This document shows positions 1-9,011 of a stretch of DNA of 64,000 nt, one piece after another. The translations under genes and the position numbers were made by a program. Each line of letters begins with the position of its first letter. Position 1 is the stretch's first letter. The stretch is from Candidatus Acidiferrales bacterium (GTDB taxonomy: Bacteria > Acidobacteriota > Terriglobia > Acidiferrales > 2-02-FULL-67-57). The stretch covers positions 3,048-67,047 of the forward strand of contig CBDFHE010000017.1 in the NCBI GenBank assembly GCA_965247455.1, written 5' to 3'. The notes below the pieces were generated by a model that did no database searches, was not told the DNA's origin, and saw only the letters and a list, made by a program, of their open reading frames with translations.

Positions 1-2
1 GT

Positions 3-152
3 ACGCCGGGCAGGAAGTCCACTATTGCGGTTTGTCCGTCTTGCCAAGAAGGGTTTCAAAAGGACCCTAGTTATTACATCAGCCGGTTAGAAGGCACGAT
101 ACCTAGTGAAGGGGTGGTCGGGCATGATGGAGGTTCTGTTAGGCAAGAGTAA
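3..152 (+). CDS. 3' end of a gene running in from the window edge, possibly YHS-like domain
   Basis: Frame 3 reads ...IAVCPSCQEGFQKDPSYYISRLEG...RQE-stop (TAA 150-152); C-x2-C-x3-F-x2-DP-x2-Y resembles YHS domains; 5' part is outside the window. Confidence 0.3.
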   Translation, partial: TPGRKSTIAVCPSCQEGFQKDPSYYISRLEGTIPSEGVVGHDGGSVRQE

Positions 153-383
153 AAACTAAGCTGCCCGTATACCTCCGACCCAGGCTTCCAAGACCTGCTG
201 CGGTGGATGAGCTTCCCCCCGTAAAGAACACGGGGCAGGCGGAGTAGGCCCTTCGCGTTGACTTGCCTGCAGGCGGGGCCTCGCCTGCACTAAAACTGTC
301 CCGAAGCCCAGCAGAGCCTCCGCCTCTCAACGGGAGAAATAGGATTTACCTTACTCCAACCGCGGTGAAGCCACGTATCAATT

Positions 384-778
384 GGGGCTTATAAATGAAC
401 GTTGACAACCATGAGTCCAGTGCGGATTCGGAGGGTTTGACACAGACCGCGCCCGTGAGATATCATTTGTTCAGCATGGGTAGCAACAAGTCCACAGGAG
501 GTCCAGCCAGATGAATATCTACCGCATTTTGTTCATCCTGGGTATGGGCGTGCAGGGAAAGCACGAAATTACTCGTCAAGGCCGACACCGTGAACGGATT
601 GAAGGACGGTGATGTCTACATCTTAAAAATCGGAGAGGAAGTCGTTGCGGTCGTGCCGAAGTCCAACGTGGGCTCTTATCCATAAAGCGTCAACCAGACT
701 GGCAGCGAAGATGTCTAACGCTCCAAGAACTTCAATTCCAGCTCCTTGACGAATTGTCAACGTTCATTTATAAGCCCC
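384..778. mobile_element. Non-autonomous IS derivative (395 bp) with passenger ORF, possibly IS1595-related
   Basis: Perfect 25-bp terminal inverted repeats GGGGCTTATAAATGAACGTTGACAA (384-408 / 754-778); 8-bp direct repeat TATCAATT on both sides (376-383, 779-786); no transposase inside. Confidence 0.85.
511..685 (+). pseudogene. Small passenger ORF (~57 aa) with an apparent +1 frameshift
   Basis: AGGAGG before ATG 511; removing one A in CACGAAATTACTC gives MNIYRILFILGMGVQGKHELLVKADTVNGLKDGDVYILKIGEEVVAVVPKSNVGSYP-stop. Confidence 0.35.
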
Positions 779-1158
779 TATCAATTAGGGGGCTATTTCC
801 CGACCTTCAAGTCCTGTGCGTTCAGTAAATCCTTGGTAGTAAAGAACTTGTGTGGGGGGACCTGCGTCCTAGCGAACAATAGGACTTATTTTCCTATTTA
901 AATTTCCTGGTCGAGCATATCACTATAGGAGTGTCTGAGCAGGCGTCTACCTGAGAATCCGGGGGAGGCCAAGAGGAACTGTCCCGAGCGACAGTGTGTT
1001 ATGGCCTCCGAACAGCAGAGTCTTAATTCCCAAGCCGACACGTGTACCTACTCCTCCAGGCTCGAAGAGGTTTGGGCCACCGCTTACGTCGCAGGGAGCA
1101 TGCCCGATTTAGAACGCGTGACCAAGTCTTACTTAGCTAGGGTATAGCTGCAGGCCTG

Positions 1159-2361
1159 ATGATGAGCAGCCGAAAAACCAACATCGAGCAACTGTTGAAA
1201 GCGCGAGCTCGGATCGACCTGAAGCTGAGTCGCCTGAAGACTCCTGTCACTGTTCTCTTCAGCGATGTCGTCGGCTCTACTTCCTACTTCGAGCGCTTCG
1301 GCGACGCGGCTGGCCTGGCGTTGGTCCAGCGGCACGCCGATCTAGCGGCTAACCTCGCGGCTGAGTTCCGCGGCAGAGTCATCAAGACCATAGGCGATTC
1401 GGTGATGGCTGTGTTCCCAGAACCTGTACTTGCCGTCCGTGCGGCAGTCGAGATTCAGCGCCGCCTGCTGTGGTGCGACCAGACTTTGCCCGAACTCGAG
1501 GAGTTGCAGGTTCGCATCGGAATCAATCACGGTCTCGTTTTTCGCCACGACAAAGATGTGTATGGCGATGTGGTCAACGTCGCGGCCCGCATCACAAAGC
1601 ACACTGGGCCAGCGCAGATTCTCGTCTCCAGTAATGTGCGGGAGGTTATCTCGCTCGAAGCAGATATACCCTGCACATTTTCGGGCAAGCTGACCCTTGA
1701 AGGAAAGTCAGACAAAGAAGACGTCTATGAAGTCATCTGGACCGATGACGCAACGTATGCTGAGGTGCGGCAAGAGGCCACCGAGCTTTCGCACCCACCT
1801 GTCGCAGCCACGGGGAATGGTATTCCTGGACCTCAACATCGACTCCATGCTGTCAGGACACTCATAGCCGCGAGACTAGTTGCGGCACTTATTACCGTGC
1901 ACATGATGAGTCCGGCACCGAAGCCGCCTGAAAAGCCAGCAATGGAGAAAGAAGCCGCGGCAAAGATGGAAAGCGCACTAGTTGCACTCCAACCGGCGGG
2001 ACGAACTGCTTCTACCCGCCAACACGTGAGAAACTCCCCGACAGGATCTTCCGAGGTCGACCCGGCGCCGAGCTTCTACCTTAGGGTCGCTAGGAGTGCC
2101 AACCAGTCAGAGGCAAATAAACAGGCGCGACTACTGCAGAAGCAGAAATTTCGCACCGTTGTGGCGTATAGGCGTCGCTGGTACCCTCCATGGAAGCGCT
2201 TCTATGAAGTGCTGGTTGGCCCGTACCAGGGTCTAAAGCGAGCTGAAACTGCGCGGCGTCGCTTGGAACACCAAGGCTTCGAAACAGTTCGTTTGGTGAA
2301 GAAGTTTATGACAAAGGGCGCAAAACCCCGCTTAGCAAGTTTGTCTTCCTTCCTGGAGTAG
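1159..2361 (+). CDS. Class III adenylate cyclase with C-terminal SPOR-like domain
   Basis: Motifs TVLFSDVVGST, KTIGDSVM, DVYGDVVNVAARI; hydrophobic segment LIAARLVAALITV; C-terminal FYLRVA...YEVLVGPY..LKRAETARRRLEHQGF typical of SPOR. Confidence 0.85.
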   Translation: MMSSRKTNIEQLLKARARIDLKLSRLKTPVTVLFSDVVGSTSYFERFGDAAGLALVQRHADLAANLAAEFRGRVIKTIGDSVMAVFPEPVLAVRAAVEIQRRLLWCDQTLPELEELQVRIGINHGLVFRHDKDVYGDVVNVAARITKHTGPAQILVSSNVREVISLEADIPCTFSGKLTLEGKSDKEDVYEVIWTDDATYAEVRQEATELSHPPVAATGNGIPGPQHRLHAVRTLIAARLVAALITVHMMSPAPKPPEKPAMEKEAAAKMESALVALQPAGRTASTRQHVRNSPTGSSEVDPAPSFYLRVARSANQSEANKQARLLQKQKFRTVVAYRRRWYPPWKRFYEVLVGPYQGLKRAETARRRLEHQGFETVRLVKKFMTKGAKPRLASLSSFLE

Positions 2362-2524
2362 GTACCCTATCTGCACAGTTTTACGCCGAGCTGTTGCGCT
2401 CCGACCCCTGCTTCCAATCCCTCCTCCGCCGCCTGAACTTCCCGGACTAGGCTCTTCGCGTTGACTTGCCTGCGGGCGGGGCGAAGATGGCCGGAGATTC
2501 TCCGCATTGGATAACCCAGAAACG

Positions 2525-2666
2525 GGTAGTGGGTCATTTTGGAAATGTGAATCTCACGCCGAGCCCCGTGGCACCTGCCACGGGGTGCTTTTGCCGCCCA
2601 TCCACCCGGCGGCGGGTGCCGCCGGGCTCAGCGGTAAAGGTAACGTCATCAAACTGACCCACTACC
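2525..2666. mobile_element. MITE family A (142 bp), IS1-like termini
   Basis: 17-bp TIR GGTAGTGGGTCA(T/G)TTTG with 1 mismatch; 8-bp TSD CAGAAACG (2517-2524, 2667-2674); internal GC hairpins. Confidence 0.9.
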
Positions 2667-2807
2667 CAGAAACGTGACACCGAGGCTTGAGCGGGTGTAA
2701 AGCGTTACAATCAGTGGTTTGGGTCCTACAAGAAATCCGGTGAGCGAAAGAAGGAAGACTTTTACTGCGCTCACTCCGATTGACCCGGAGATTTGAACGG
2801 CACTAGA

Positions 2808-4307
2808 TCAACGGCCAGCACCTCGCCTGGCCCTCTGCCACTCGACAAACCGCACGGCAGCGAGACGCGCCGCCGCATCTGGGACATCACGGATTTCCTG
2901 CAAGATCGCAGTATTGGGCTCTCCCCTTCCGATCAGATGCAGTCGGTAATAACCACGGCTATGGAGGAATACGGTGCGCTTCATTCCCGGACGTCGTACA
3001 GGCGCGGAGAAGCTGACATACGCGTAGTTGCCGGTCACCGGCATTGCGTAGTAGGAATCATCTGCGGCCAAAAGCTCACTGAGCACGTCTCGGCCGCCCT
3101 CGTCGAGAGCCTCCAGCGGAGGTACGTTCTCGACCGATAGTGCCTTGTCACTGCTATAATCGATGACAAAAGAGTTGAGAGCCCAGAAGCCCGCCGGCGG
3201 GCGAACCCGAATGCGCAACTGACGGCCGGGTACCCGGCTTACGTCGAGGAGGACGACACGGTCCTCGGCGATGAACGGTCCGCCGCCGGGTAAAATTCCA
3301 CGCAGCTCCCACCCGGTGGGTTCTTCGACATACAGCTTGAGCGCGTAAAGCTCTTCTCGGAGAGCCCAGGCGTGCAATGCGTTCGCTCCCGTCTGGTCGT
3401 GGTCGATTGACGCATACCAAGCTTCCAAATTGCGACCGCGGAGCTCGAGCATGGCCTTAATCATGTAGGAGCCCCACAGCCCGGTGGCCACCTTCGCTAC
3501 CAGCTTTGCGGAAGTCGCGTCCTTCGGTTTGGGAAAGCTCATTACAATCTCGTGCCTTACGTTGCCATTGACATCAGCCACCGCCTCGGATTCCCAGATG
3601 AGCCTGTCGATTGCCTCCAGCCAGGGAAGCAGGTCACGTCCTGTGTGATCTCGGGCAGACGTCAGACGCTGGGGTGCAGCAAGCGTGGAAAAATTGCCCC
3701 ACTCGTCAGCAACTACTCGGGTTCCCGCCGGGTGGTCGACCACTTGAAGCTCCATAAGATTCGTGAACTGGTCCTCCAGTACTTCGTTAGTGATCATCAG
3801 GCGGTAGAGCCCCTTTTCCGCCCGGAGGTGTTCAAGTTCGCTGTAGTCGTCCCGTTCGAGCCCACGGGTGATAGCGCCACCGTAAGGCTCGGCATCAAAG
3901 ATGTATTGGGTTCCGTCCCATGAATAGATGAAGGGGCATGATTCCTTGGTCGCCGCAACAATAACAGCGGCAACGAGGATTGCACAAACCGCAACCGCCG
4001 CCACCAATCCGATAGTGCGCGCCCTTGACAGCTCCTTCCGTTCCACCCAGAAGCGCTGCACCCGAGCAAGGGAGATTTCGTACGGCGCTCCGTCCGCAGA
4101 GGCATAGATCGTGTCGTTCTTTACCGAGGCTCCCGGAGGGTCGAAGCGGATGTCCTCGCCCTCCACAGTTGTGATTCCGACAATTCTTTCTTTTCCAGGT
4201 TCCTTAACTTCTGTTGGATCCAACCGCCGAGTCTTTGTGACCGCGCAACCCGTAAGCTGCGTCAGAAGCGTGAAGATGACAACGATGACCACAAGCCGAT
4301 TTGTCAT
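2808..4307 (-). CDS. Putative lipoprotein of unknown function
   Basis: Likely start MTNRLVV with lipobox LTGC; internal hydrophobic helix followed by ESCPFIYSWDG, a motif seen in ASPIC/UnbV-associated proteins. Confidence 0.7.
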   Translation of the reverse strand: MTNRLVVIVVIFTLLTQLTGCAVTKTRRLDPTEVKEPGKERIVGITTVEGEDIRFDPPGASVKNDTIYASADGAPYEISLARVQRFWVERKELSRARTIGLVAAVAVCAILVAAVIVAATKESCPFIYSWDGTQYIFDAEPYGGAITRGLERDDYSELEHLRAEKGLYRLMITNEVLEDQFTNLMELQVVDHPAGTRVVADEWGNFSTLAAPQRLTSARDHTGRDLLPWLEAIDRLIWESEAVADVNGNVRHEIVMSFPKPKDATSAKLVAKVATGLWGSYMIKAMLELRGRNLEAWYASIDHDQTGANALHAWALREELYALKLYVEEPTGWELRGILPGGGPFIAEDRVVLLDVSRVPGRQLRIRVRPPAGFWALNSFVIDYSSDKALSVENVPPLEALDEGGRDVLSELLAADDSYYAMPVTGNYAYVSFSAPVRRPGMKRTVFLHSRGYYRLHLIGRGEPNTAILQEIRDVPDAAARLAAVRFVEWQRARRGAGR

Positions 4308-4534
4308 GAGTTCCTTGCAGTCCAAAGTCTGCTGGCACTCAACAAGATATTGTGGGGTGACTTGCATGCTTTGCCTACCTTTGCGGGAAGAGGGATTGAG
4401 GCCGCAGCGAAACTTGTTCTAGGTTGACCTAGCGAAACAAAATCACAAAAACCGCTTTAGATTTTCTTTTGCGCCTAGACAGCACGCGCCAAGTATAACC
4501 TTAGAGAAGAGGGTGTCACCGGGGAGATTTTGTT

Positions 4535-5921
4535 TGTAGCTGCAAAGTGAGAATGTCCTATTTGCGCAAAGTAGGAATGTCCTCTTTCATCAGGGCCAGG
4601 AGGGACGATGAGAGAGGAGCGAATCGAATTGAGCCAACGGGAGCAGGATCGGTTGAAGGTACTCCACCAAGTCGAGCAGGGCTATCTGACCCAGGTGGAA
4701 GCGGGCCGGCGGGTGCAGGTGAGCGTACGCCACCTGCGGCGTCTGCTGAGACGGGTGCGGGCGGAGGGGGACAGGGGCGTAGTGCATCGGCTGCGGGGGC
4801 GGCCCTCGAACCGGAAGATTCCAGCGGCCCTCCAGGGGCGCATCCTGGCCCAGGTGCGGCGGCGCTACGCCGACTTTGGGCCCACGCTGGCCAGCGAGCA
4901 CCTGGCGCGAGATGGGTGGCAGGTCAGCCGGGAGACGCTGCGGCAGTGGATGACCGCCGCCGGGCTGTGGCGGTCGCGCCGGCAGCGGAGGCCGGCGGTG
5001 CACGTCTGGCGAGAGCGGCGGGCCGCCTTCGGCGAGTTGGTGATGATGGACAGCTCGCCCTATCGCTGGTTGGAGCGGCGCGGACCTCCCGTGCAGTTGA
5101 TCGCGCTGATCGACGACGCTACCAGCCGGGTCTGGGGCCGCTTCGCCGCCCAGGACTCGACCGAGGAAAACCTGCGCACCCTGGCAGGCTGGCTCCGGCG
5201 CTGGGGACGGCCGCGGGCACTCTATACCGACAAAAGCAGCCTGTTCCGCACCACCCGCTCGGCCCGGCTCGACGAGCAGCTCGGCGGTCAGCCGGCCCGC
5301 ACCCAGATCGGGCGGGCCCTGCAGGAGTTGGGGATCGAGTGGATTCCCGCCCACAGCCCCCAGGCCAAGGGGCGCATCGAGAGACTATTCGGCACCTTGC
5401 AGGACCGCCTGGTCAAGGAGATGCGCCTGGCCGGGGTGCACACGGTGGAGCAGGCCAACCGCTTCCTGGCAGCAGTCTTCCTGCCTTTCTGGGAGCAGCG
5501 CTTCACCGTCGCTCCGCGCCAGCCGCACGATGCCCACCGCCCGCTGGGAGGCACCCAGCGGCTGGAGTCAATCCTGAGCGTGCGCGAACCGCGCCGGGTG
5601 GCAGGCGACTACACCGTGCGCTGGCAGGGCCAGCGCTGGGCGATCCCGCGCGCCCAGGTGCGAGCGGGGTTGCGGGGGGCGCGGGTGGAGGTCGAACGGC
5701 GGCTCGACGGCAGCCGCTGGGTCCGCTTCCGCGGCTCTTATCTCAGCCTGCGGCCCTGCCCGAGCCCGCCGCCCGCGCCCGCAACCCCCTTCGGCCTACG
5801 GCCTACGGGGCTTGCGGGCCCAAGGAAAGGCAAACGAAAGTACATTCCCCCTCCCGATCACCCTTGGAGGAGGACATTTCTATCTGGCAAAAAACCGGGA
5901 CATTTCTACTTTGCGTTGACA
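4535..5921 (+). mobile_element. IS1202-family (formerly ISNCY) insertion sequence
   Basis: Ends TGTAGCTGCAAAGTGAGAATGTCC / GGACATTTCTACTTTGCGTTGACA; subterminal repeated boxes; 15-bp TSD CGGGGAGATTTTGTT (4520-4534, 5922-5936). Confidence 0.88.
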
Positions 5922-5981
5922 CGGGGAGATTTTGTTGAGAGCAGAAAAAGACCCGTCCGAAAACAGAGAAAAAAAGGATAG
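4608..5981 (+). CDS. DDE transposase (IS1202/ISNCY type)
   Basis: N-terminal HTH, motifs MMDSSPY, IDDAT, LYTDK, SPQAKGRIERLF; the frame runs through the right end. Confidence 0.92.
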   Translation: MREERIELSQREQDRLKVLHQVEQGYLTQVEAGRRVQVSVRHLRRLLRRVRAEGDRGVVHRLRGRPSNRKIPAALQGRILAQVRRRYADFGPTLASEHLARDGWQVSRETLRQWMTAAGLWRSRRQRRPAVHVWRERRAAFGELVMMDSSPYRWLERRGPPVQLIALIDDATSRVWGRFAAQDSTEENLRTLAGWLRRWGRPRALYTDKSSLFRTTRSARLDEQLGGQPARTQIGRALQELGIEWIPAHSPQAKGRIERLFGTLQDRLVKEMRLAGVHTVEQANRFLAAVFLPFWEQRFTVAPRQPHDAHRPLGGTQRLESILSVREPRRVAGDYTVRWQGQRWAIPRAQVRAGLRGARVEVERRLDGSRWVRFRGSYLSLRPCPSPPPAPATPFGLRPTGLAGPRKGKRKYIPPPDHPWRRTFLSGKKPGHFYFALTRGDFVESRKRPVRKQRKKG

Positions 5982-6353
5982 GACCTGACACCCAAGAACC
6001 GGTTCAGTTCTAATGTTAGAGTTGGGCCTGTCATTAGAAGGTCAAGATAGCAAAGAACAAGCATTCGACCGAACAGATGCTTGCTGGAAGGACAAGGCAT
6101 TCTGAGTGACTTGCTCCCCGCTTCCAATCCCTCTTCCGCCGCCTGTTTGCCGGCGGGCAGGCCTGCCCGCCTCGGGCGGGTTTATCCGCCGTGGCGGACG
6201 ACGGGGAAGCTTCTTGGCAATTGATTCTATTGCGCCTTCTCTCACGGGTTGCTATAAATCCCAAGCGTAGGTTCGGGGGCCTTTGGGGGATTCTCAGTAG
6301 CAACTTCTTCGGGTGTCAAGCATCTATAATTGAAACAGCAAAGAGGGGGGCGA

Positions 6354-6683
6354 ATGGCTAACTATCTTCTGATTGAATCGCGCGACCCGTTCGAGGCCCG
6401 CGACGTTTCCTATTTCTACAGCCTGGCCGCGGACCTCGCCGCCCAGGGCGACAAAGTAACCCTCTTCCTGGTTCAAAACGGGGCCTTGGCGTCGAGAAAA
6501 GATGCCAAGGGAAATCCGCTCGGCACTGTCTTGAAAGGCAAGGTCGAGGTCTTGGTGGATTCCTTTTCGCTCAAGGAGCGCGGCATCCAGGACTCGGAGC
6601 GGCACCCATCGGTCAAGCCCGCCGACATTGACGCCCTGGTGGACCACATCATGGCGAATGGGACGAAAGTCCTCTGGCACTGA
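6354..6683 (+). CDS. DsrE/DsrH(TusB)-like protein
   Basis: VTLFLVQNGAL...DSFSLKERGI pattern; RBS GAGGGGGG; first of three co-oriented DsrE-fold genes. Confidence 0.75.
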   Translation: MANYLLIESRDPFEARDVSYFYSLAADLAAQGDKVTLFLVQNGALASRKDAKGNPLGTVLKGKVEVLVDSFSLKERGIQDSERHPSVKPADIDALVDHIMANGTKVLWH

Positions 6684-6697
6684 GGGAGGCACAAACA

Positions 6698-7105
6698 ATG
6701 GCAAAAACACTAACCATTTCCATCATGGAACCCCCCTATGAGTCCGCGAACTCGACCACATCGTTGCGGATCATTGATGCAGCCCTCCGCAAGGGGATCA
6801 ACGTTAACGTGTTCGCCTACGAGGGCGCCGTCAGCCTGACGGTCAAGGACCAGAAGCCCCACCCCAACCCCGTCCACGGAACCTCGGTGGAGGAAGAGAA
6901 GCACCCCACCACCAAGGACTTTGTCGCGGGCCTGTTCGAGCTGGCCAAAGAGAACGGAGTCAAACTGGACTGGCTCAACTGCGGTCTCTGCGTGGACGAG
7001 CGCGGCGCTGGCAACTGGATCGAGGGCCCGCGGCGGGGTGGTCCGCCGGAATTCCACGAGTGGGTGCAAGAGCCCGATGCCACCCTCGTGATTCCGACCA
7101 AATAA
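6698..7105 (+). CDS. DsrE/TusD-like sulfur relay protein with CxxC
   Basis: ISIMEPPYES, VFAYEGAV, NCGLCVDERG at the position of the DsrE/TusD active cysteine. Confidence 0.8.
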   Translation: MAKTLTISIMEPPYESANSTTSLRIIDAALRKGINVNVFAYEGAVSLTVKDQKPHPNPVHGTSVEEEKHPTTKDFVAGLFELAKENGVKLDWLNCGLCVDERGAGNWIEGPRRGGPPEFHEWVQEPDATLVIPTK

Positions 7106-7119
7106 AAGGAGCTTGCGCC

Positions 7120-7503
7120 ATGAAAAAGATTCTCTGCGTTGTGGAGACCGCCTACCGCGGCACCCAAGAGGAACAAGACAACGCCGTACTCTGGCTCACC
7201 CACGCCCTGAAAAAGGCCGGGAGTGAGATGGGGGTGCTGTTGCGGGGGAACGCCGTCAACTATGCCGTCGCCAGCCAGGACCCCACCGGGGTCGTCATCG
7301 GCAAGCTCCCCATCGAGCACCCTCCCTATCCCCACAAGGACCTGCTCAAGATGAAGGAGGCCGGCATTCCCGTCCGCGTCGTGCGGGAGGACGCTGAGGA
7401 GCGCGGCATTTCTCCCCAGAGCCTGGTCAAGGATTTCACCCTCGTCAGCGGTAGCGAGCTGGCCGGGCTGTTCTCCCAGTACGACCAGGTCTGGCACTGG
7501 TAG
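7120..7503 (+). CDS. DsrF/TusC-like protein
   Basis: VLLRGNAVNYA, VREDAEERGI, C-terminal YDQVWHW; RBS AAGGAG. Confidence 0.75.
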   Translation: MKKILCVVETAYRGTQEEQDNAVLWLTHALKKAGSEMGVLLRGNAVNYAVASQDPTGVVIGKLPIEHPPYPHKDLLKMKEAGIPVRVVREDAEERGISPQSLVKDFTLVSGSELAGLFSQYDQVWHW

Positions 7504-7576
7504 CCGGCGGCTCGTTGCAACTCTGTAGCTGGGTTTGCTCAGCAGATCTGCGCGGGTTCACAAAAGGAGGATTGAA

Positions 7577-7891
7577 ATGAAGACGCTTTATCTGGTTCTT
7601 GCGATCATTGGCGCGGTGCTTCCCTATGCTTTCTTCATTCAGCATTTCTCAAGCGAGGGCGTCAGTCTTCCTGGATTTGTGGCAGCCCTATTCGCAAATC
7701 CGGCCGCGGGTGGTTTCACAACAGACTTTCTCCTCACTTCAGCAGTGTTTTGGATATTCATGTTTCATCAGCGCAGTCGAGAGAAAGGCCCGCGTCCAAT
7801 CCTTTTCATTGTGCTCAACTTCCTCATTGGCCTTTCCTGCGCCTTCCCCGCTTACCTGTATGCCAGAGAGCGGAAGGAAGAAACGGCTTGA
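7577..7891 (+). CDS. Small membrane protein, DUF2834-like
   Basis: RBS AGGAGG; three hydrophobic helices; FANPAAGGFTTD and IGLSCAFPAYLYARE patterns. Confidence 0.7.
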   Translation: MKTLYLVLAIIGAVLPYAFFIQHFSSEGVSLPGFVAALFANPAAGGFTTDFLLTSAVFWIFMFHQRSREKGPRPILFIVLNFLIGLSCAFPAYLYARERKEETA

Positions 7892-8034
7892 GGGGTCAAT
7901 CCTTCGCTCCATGCCAGAGGGGGTAATCGAGCAGAGCGATTGCATCGACCCGGGCCTGCTGGCGAGGCGTGGTCCCAATAGTCGAACGTCAGTTATGGCT
8001 TGAACCGCAACACCCCGCAACAAGAGTAATAGGC

Positions 8035-8070
8035 CAGGCAACCCGCTTCTTGCGCTATAATTCAAACAGA
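8035..8070 (+). promoter_or_regulatory. Sigma70-like promoter segment, copy 1 of a 36-bp direct repeat
   Basis: CAGGCAACCC...TTGCGCTATAATTCAAACAGA; perfect TATAAT; 31/36 identical to 9092-9127. Confidence 0.6.
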
Positions 8071-8088
8071 TCATCCCGGCTGTTAGGC
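8066..8088 (+). other. Right half of an integron attC site (L', R' core GTTAGGC)
   Basis: CAGATCATC...GTTAGGC; the GTTRRRY core at 8082-8088 is the exact complement of GCCTAAC at 9012-9018. Confidence 0.55.
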
Positions 8089-8119
8089 GGATCAACGCCT
8101 GAGTTAGGAGCCATTACTT

Positions 8120-8995
8120 GTGAAATGTTCAATTGCCCCGATTGCCGCAGCGCTGATTGTTTTGGTTTGCTTTGGGCAGCGAGCCCCGGCCCAGGAGCGG
8201 CGTCCGCCGATCATCGACATGCACCTGCACGCCGGCCCGGACGACAGTCTTCGCCAGCGCGTGGTCGCACTGATGGATGAGTCCAACATTGTCAAAGCAT
8301 TTCTTAGCGGCTCGCTGGAGGATGTCTACAGCTGGACTGCTGCTGCCCCGGGTCGATTCATTCCCTCGCCAATGTTCCCGGTGTCTGGGATAAACGGTTT
8401 TCCCGACATCGACAGTTTGCGTGCTGAATATCTTGCTGGCCGGCTTCACGGGATGGGTGAAATTACGTCTCAGTATTTAGGTATTCCGCCCAACGCGCCT
8501 AGCTTGGAACCGTTCTTTGCATTGGCCGAAGAGCTAGACCTTCCGGTCCTCATCCATATAGAGGGCATCGGCGCTCCGCACCCGACCTTTCGCTCGTCGG
8601 CAGGGCATCCGCTTCTCCTGGAGGAGGTACTGGTCCGCCACCCGAAACTCCGAATCTATCTGGAGAATGCCGGCTATCCATTTCTTCACGAGATGATCGC
8701 TTTGATGTTCCAATATCCCCAGGTTTATGCCGACCTATCGACCATTACTTGGCGCTTGCCGCGCGAGGCCTTTCACGATTACCTCAGCGCCCTTATCCGC
8801 GCCGGCTTCGGAGAGCGGCTAATGTTCGGGTCCGATGCCTCACCCTCGCGGCCGCATATGATCCCTCAAGCTGTTGAGGGCATCGAGTCTGCCTCATTTC
8901 TCACTGACGAACAGAAGCGCGACATTTTCTATAACAATGCGGTGAGGTTTCTACGATTGAGTAAGGAGACAATTGCTAAACATCATGGTCAGTAA
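8120..8995 (+). CDS. Secreted amidohydrolase (Amidohydro_2 family)
   Basis: Signal peptide; IIDMHLH, GMGEI, VLIH, RLMFGSD, DIFYNNAVRFL motifs. Confidence 0.85.
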   Translation: MKCSIAPIAAALIVLVCFGQRAPAQERRPPIIDMHLHAGPDDSLRQRVVALMDESNIVKAFLSGSLEDVYSWTAAAPGRFIPSPMFPVSGINGFPDIDSLRAEYLAGRLHGMGEITSQYLGIPPNAPSLEPFFALAEELDLPVLIHIEGIGAPHPTFRSSAGHPLLLEEVLVRHPKLRIYLENAGYPFLHEMIALMFQYPQVYADLSTITWRLPREAFHDYLSALIRAGFGERLMFGSDASPSRPHMIPQAVEGIESASFLTDEQKRDIFYNNAVRFLRLSKETIAKHHGQ

Positions 8996-9011
8996 AGAAC
9001 ACGGAGAGACG

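Noticed and set aside
2793-3140. 115-aa plus-strand ORF and similar short overlapping ORFs throughout
   Set aside because: They overlap better-supported genes on the opposite strand or frame and have no motifs or RBS.
4480-4534. Xer/dif site next to the IS1202-family element
   Set aside because: No match to the XerC/XerD 11-6-11 consensus, and the 15-bp TSD fits a non-xrs-targeting subgroup.
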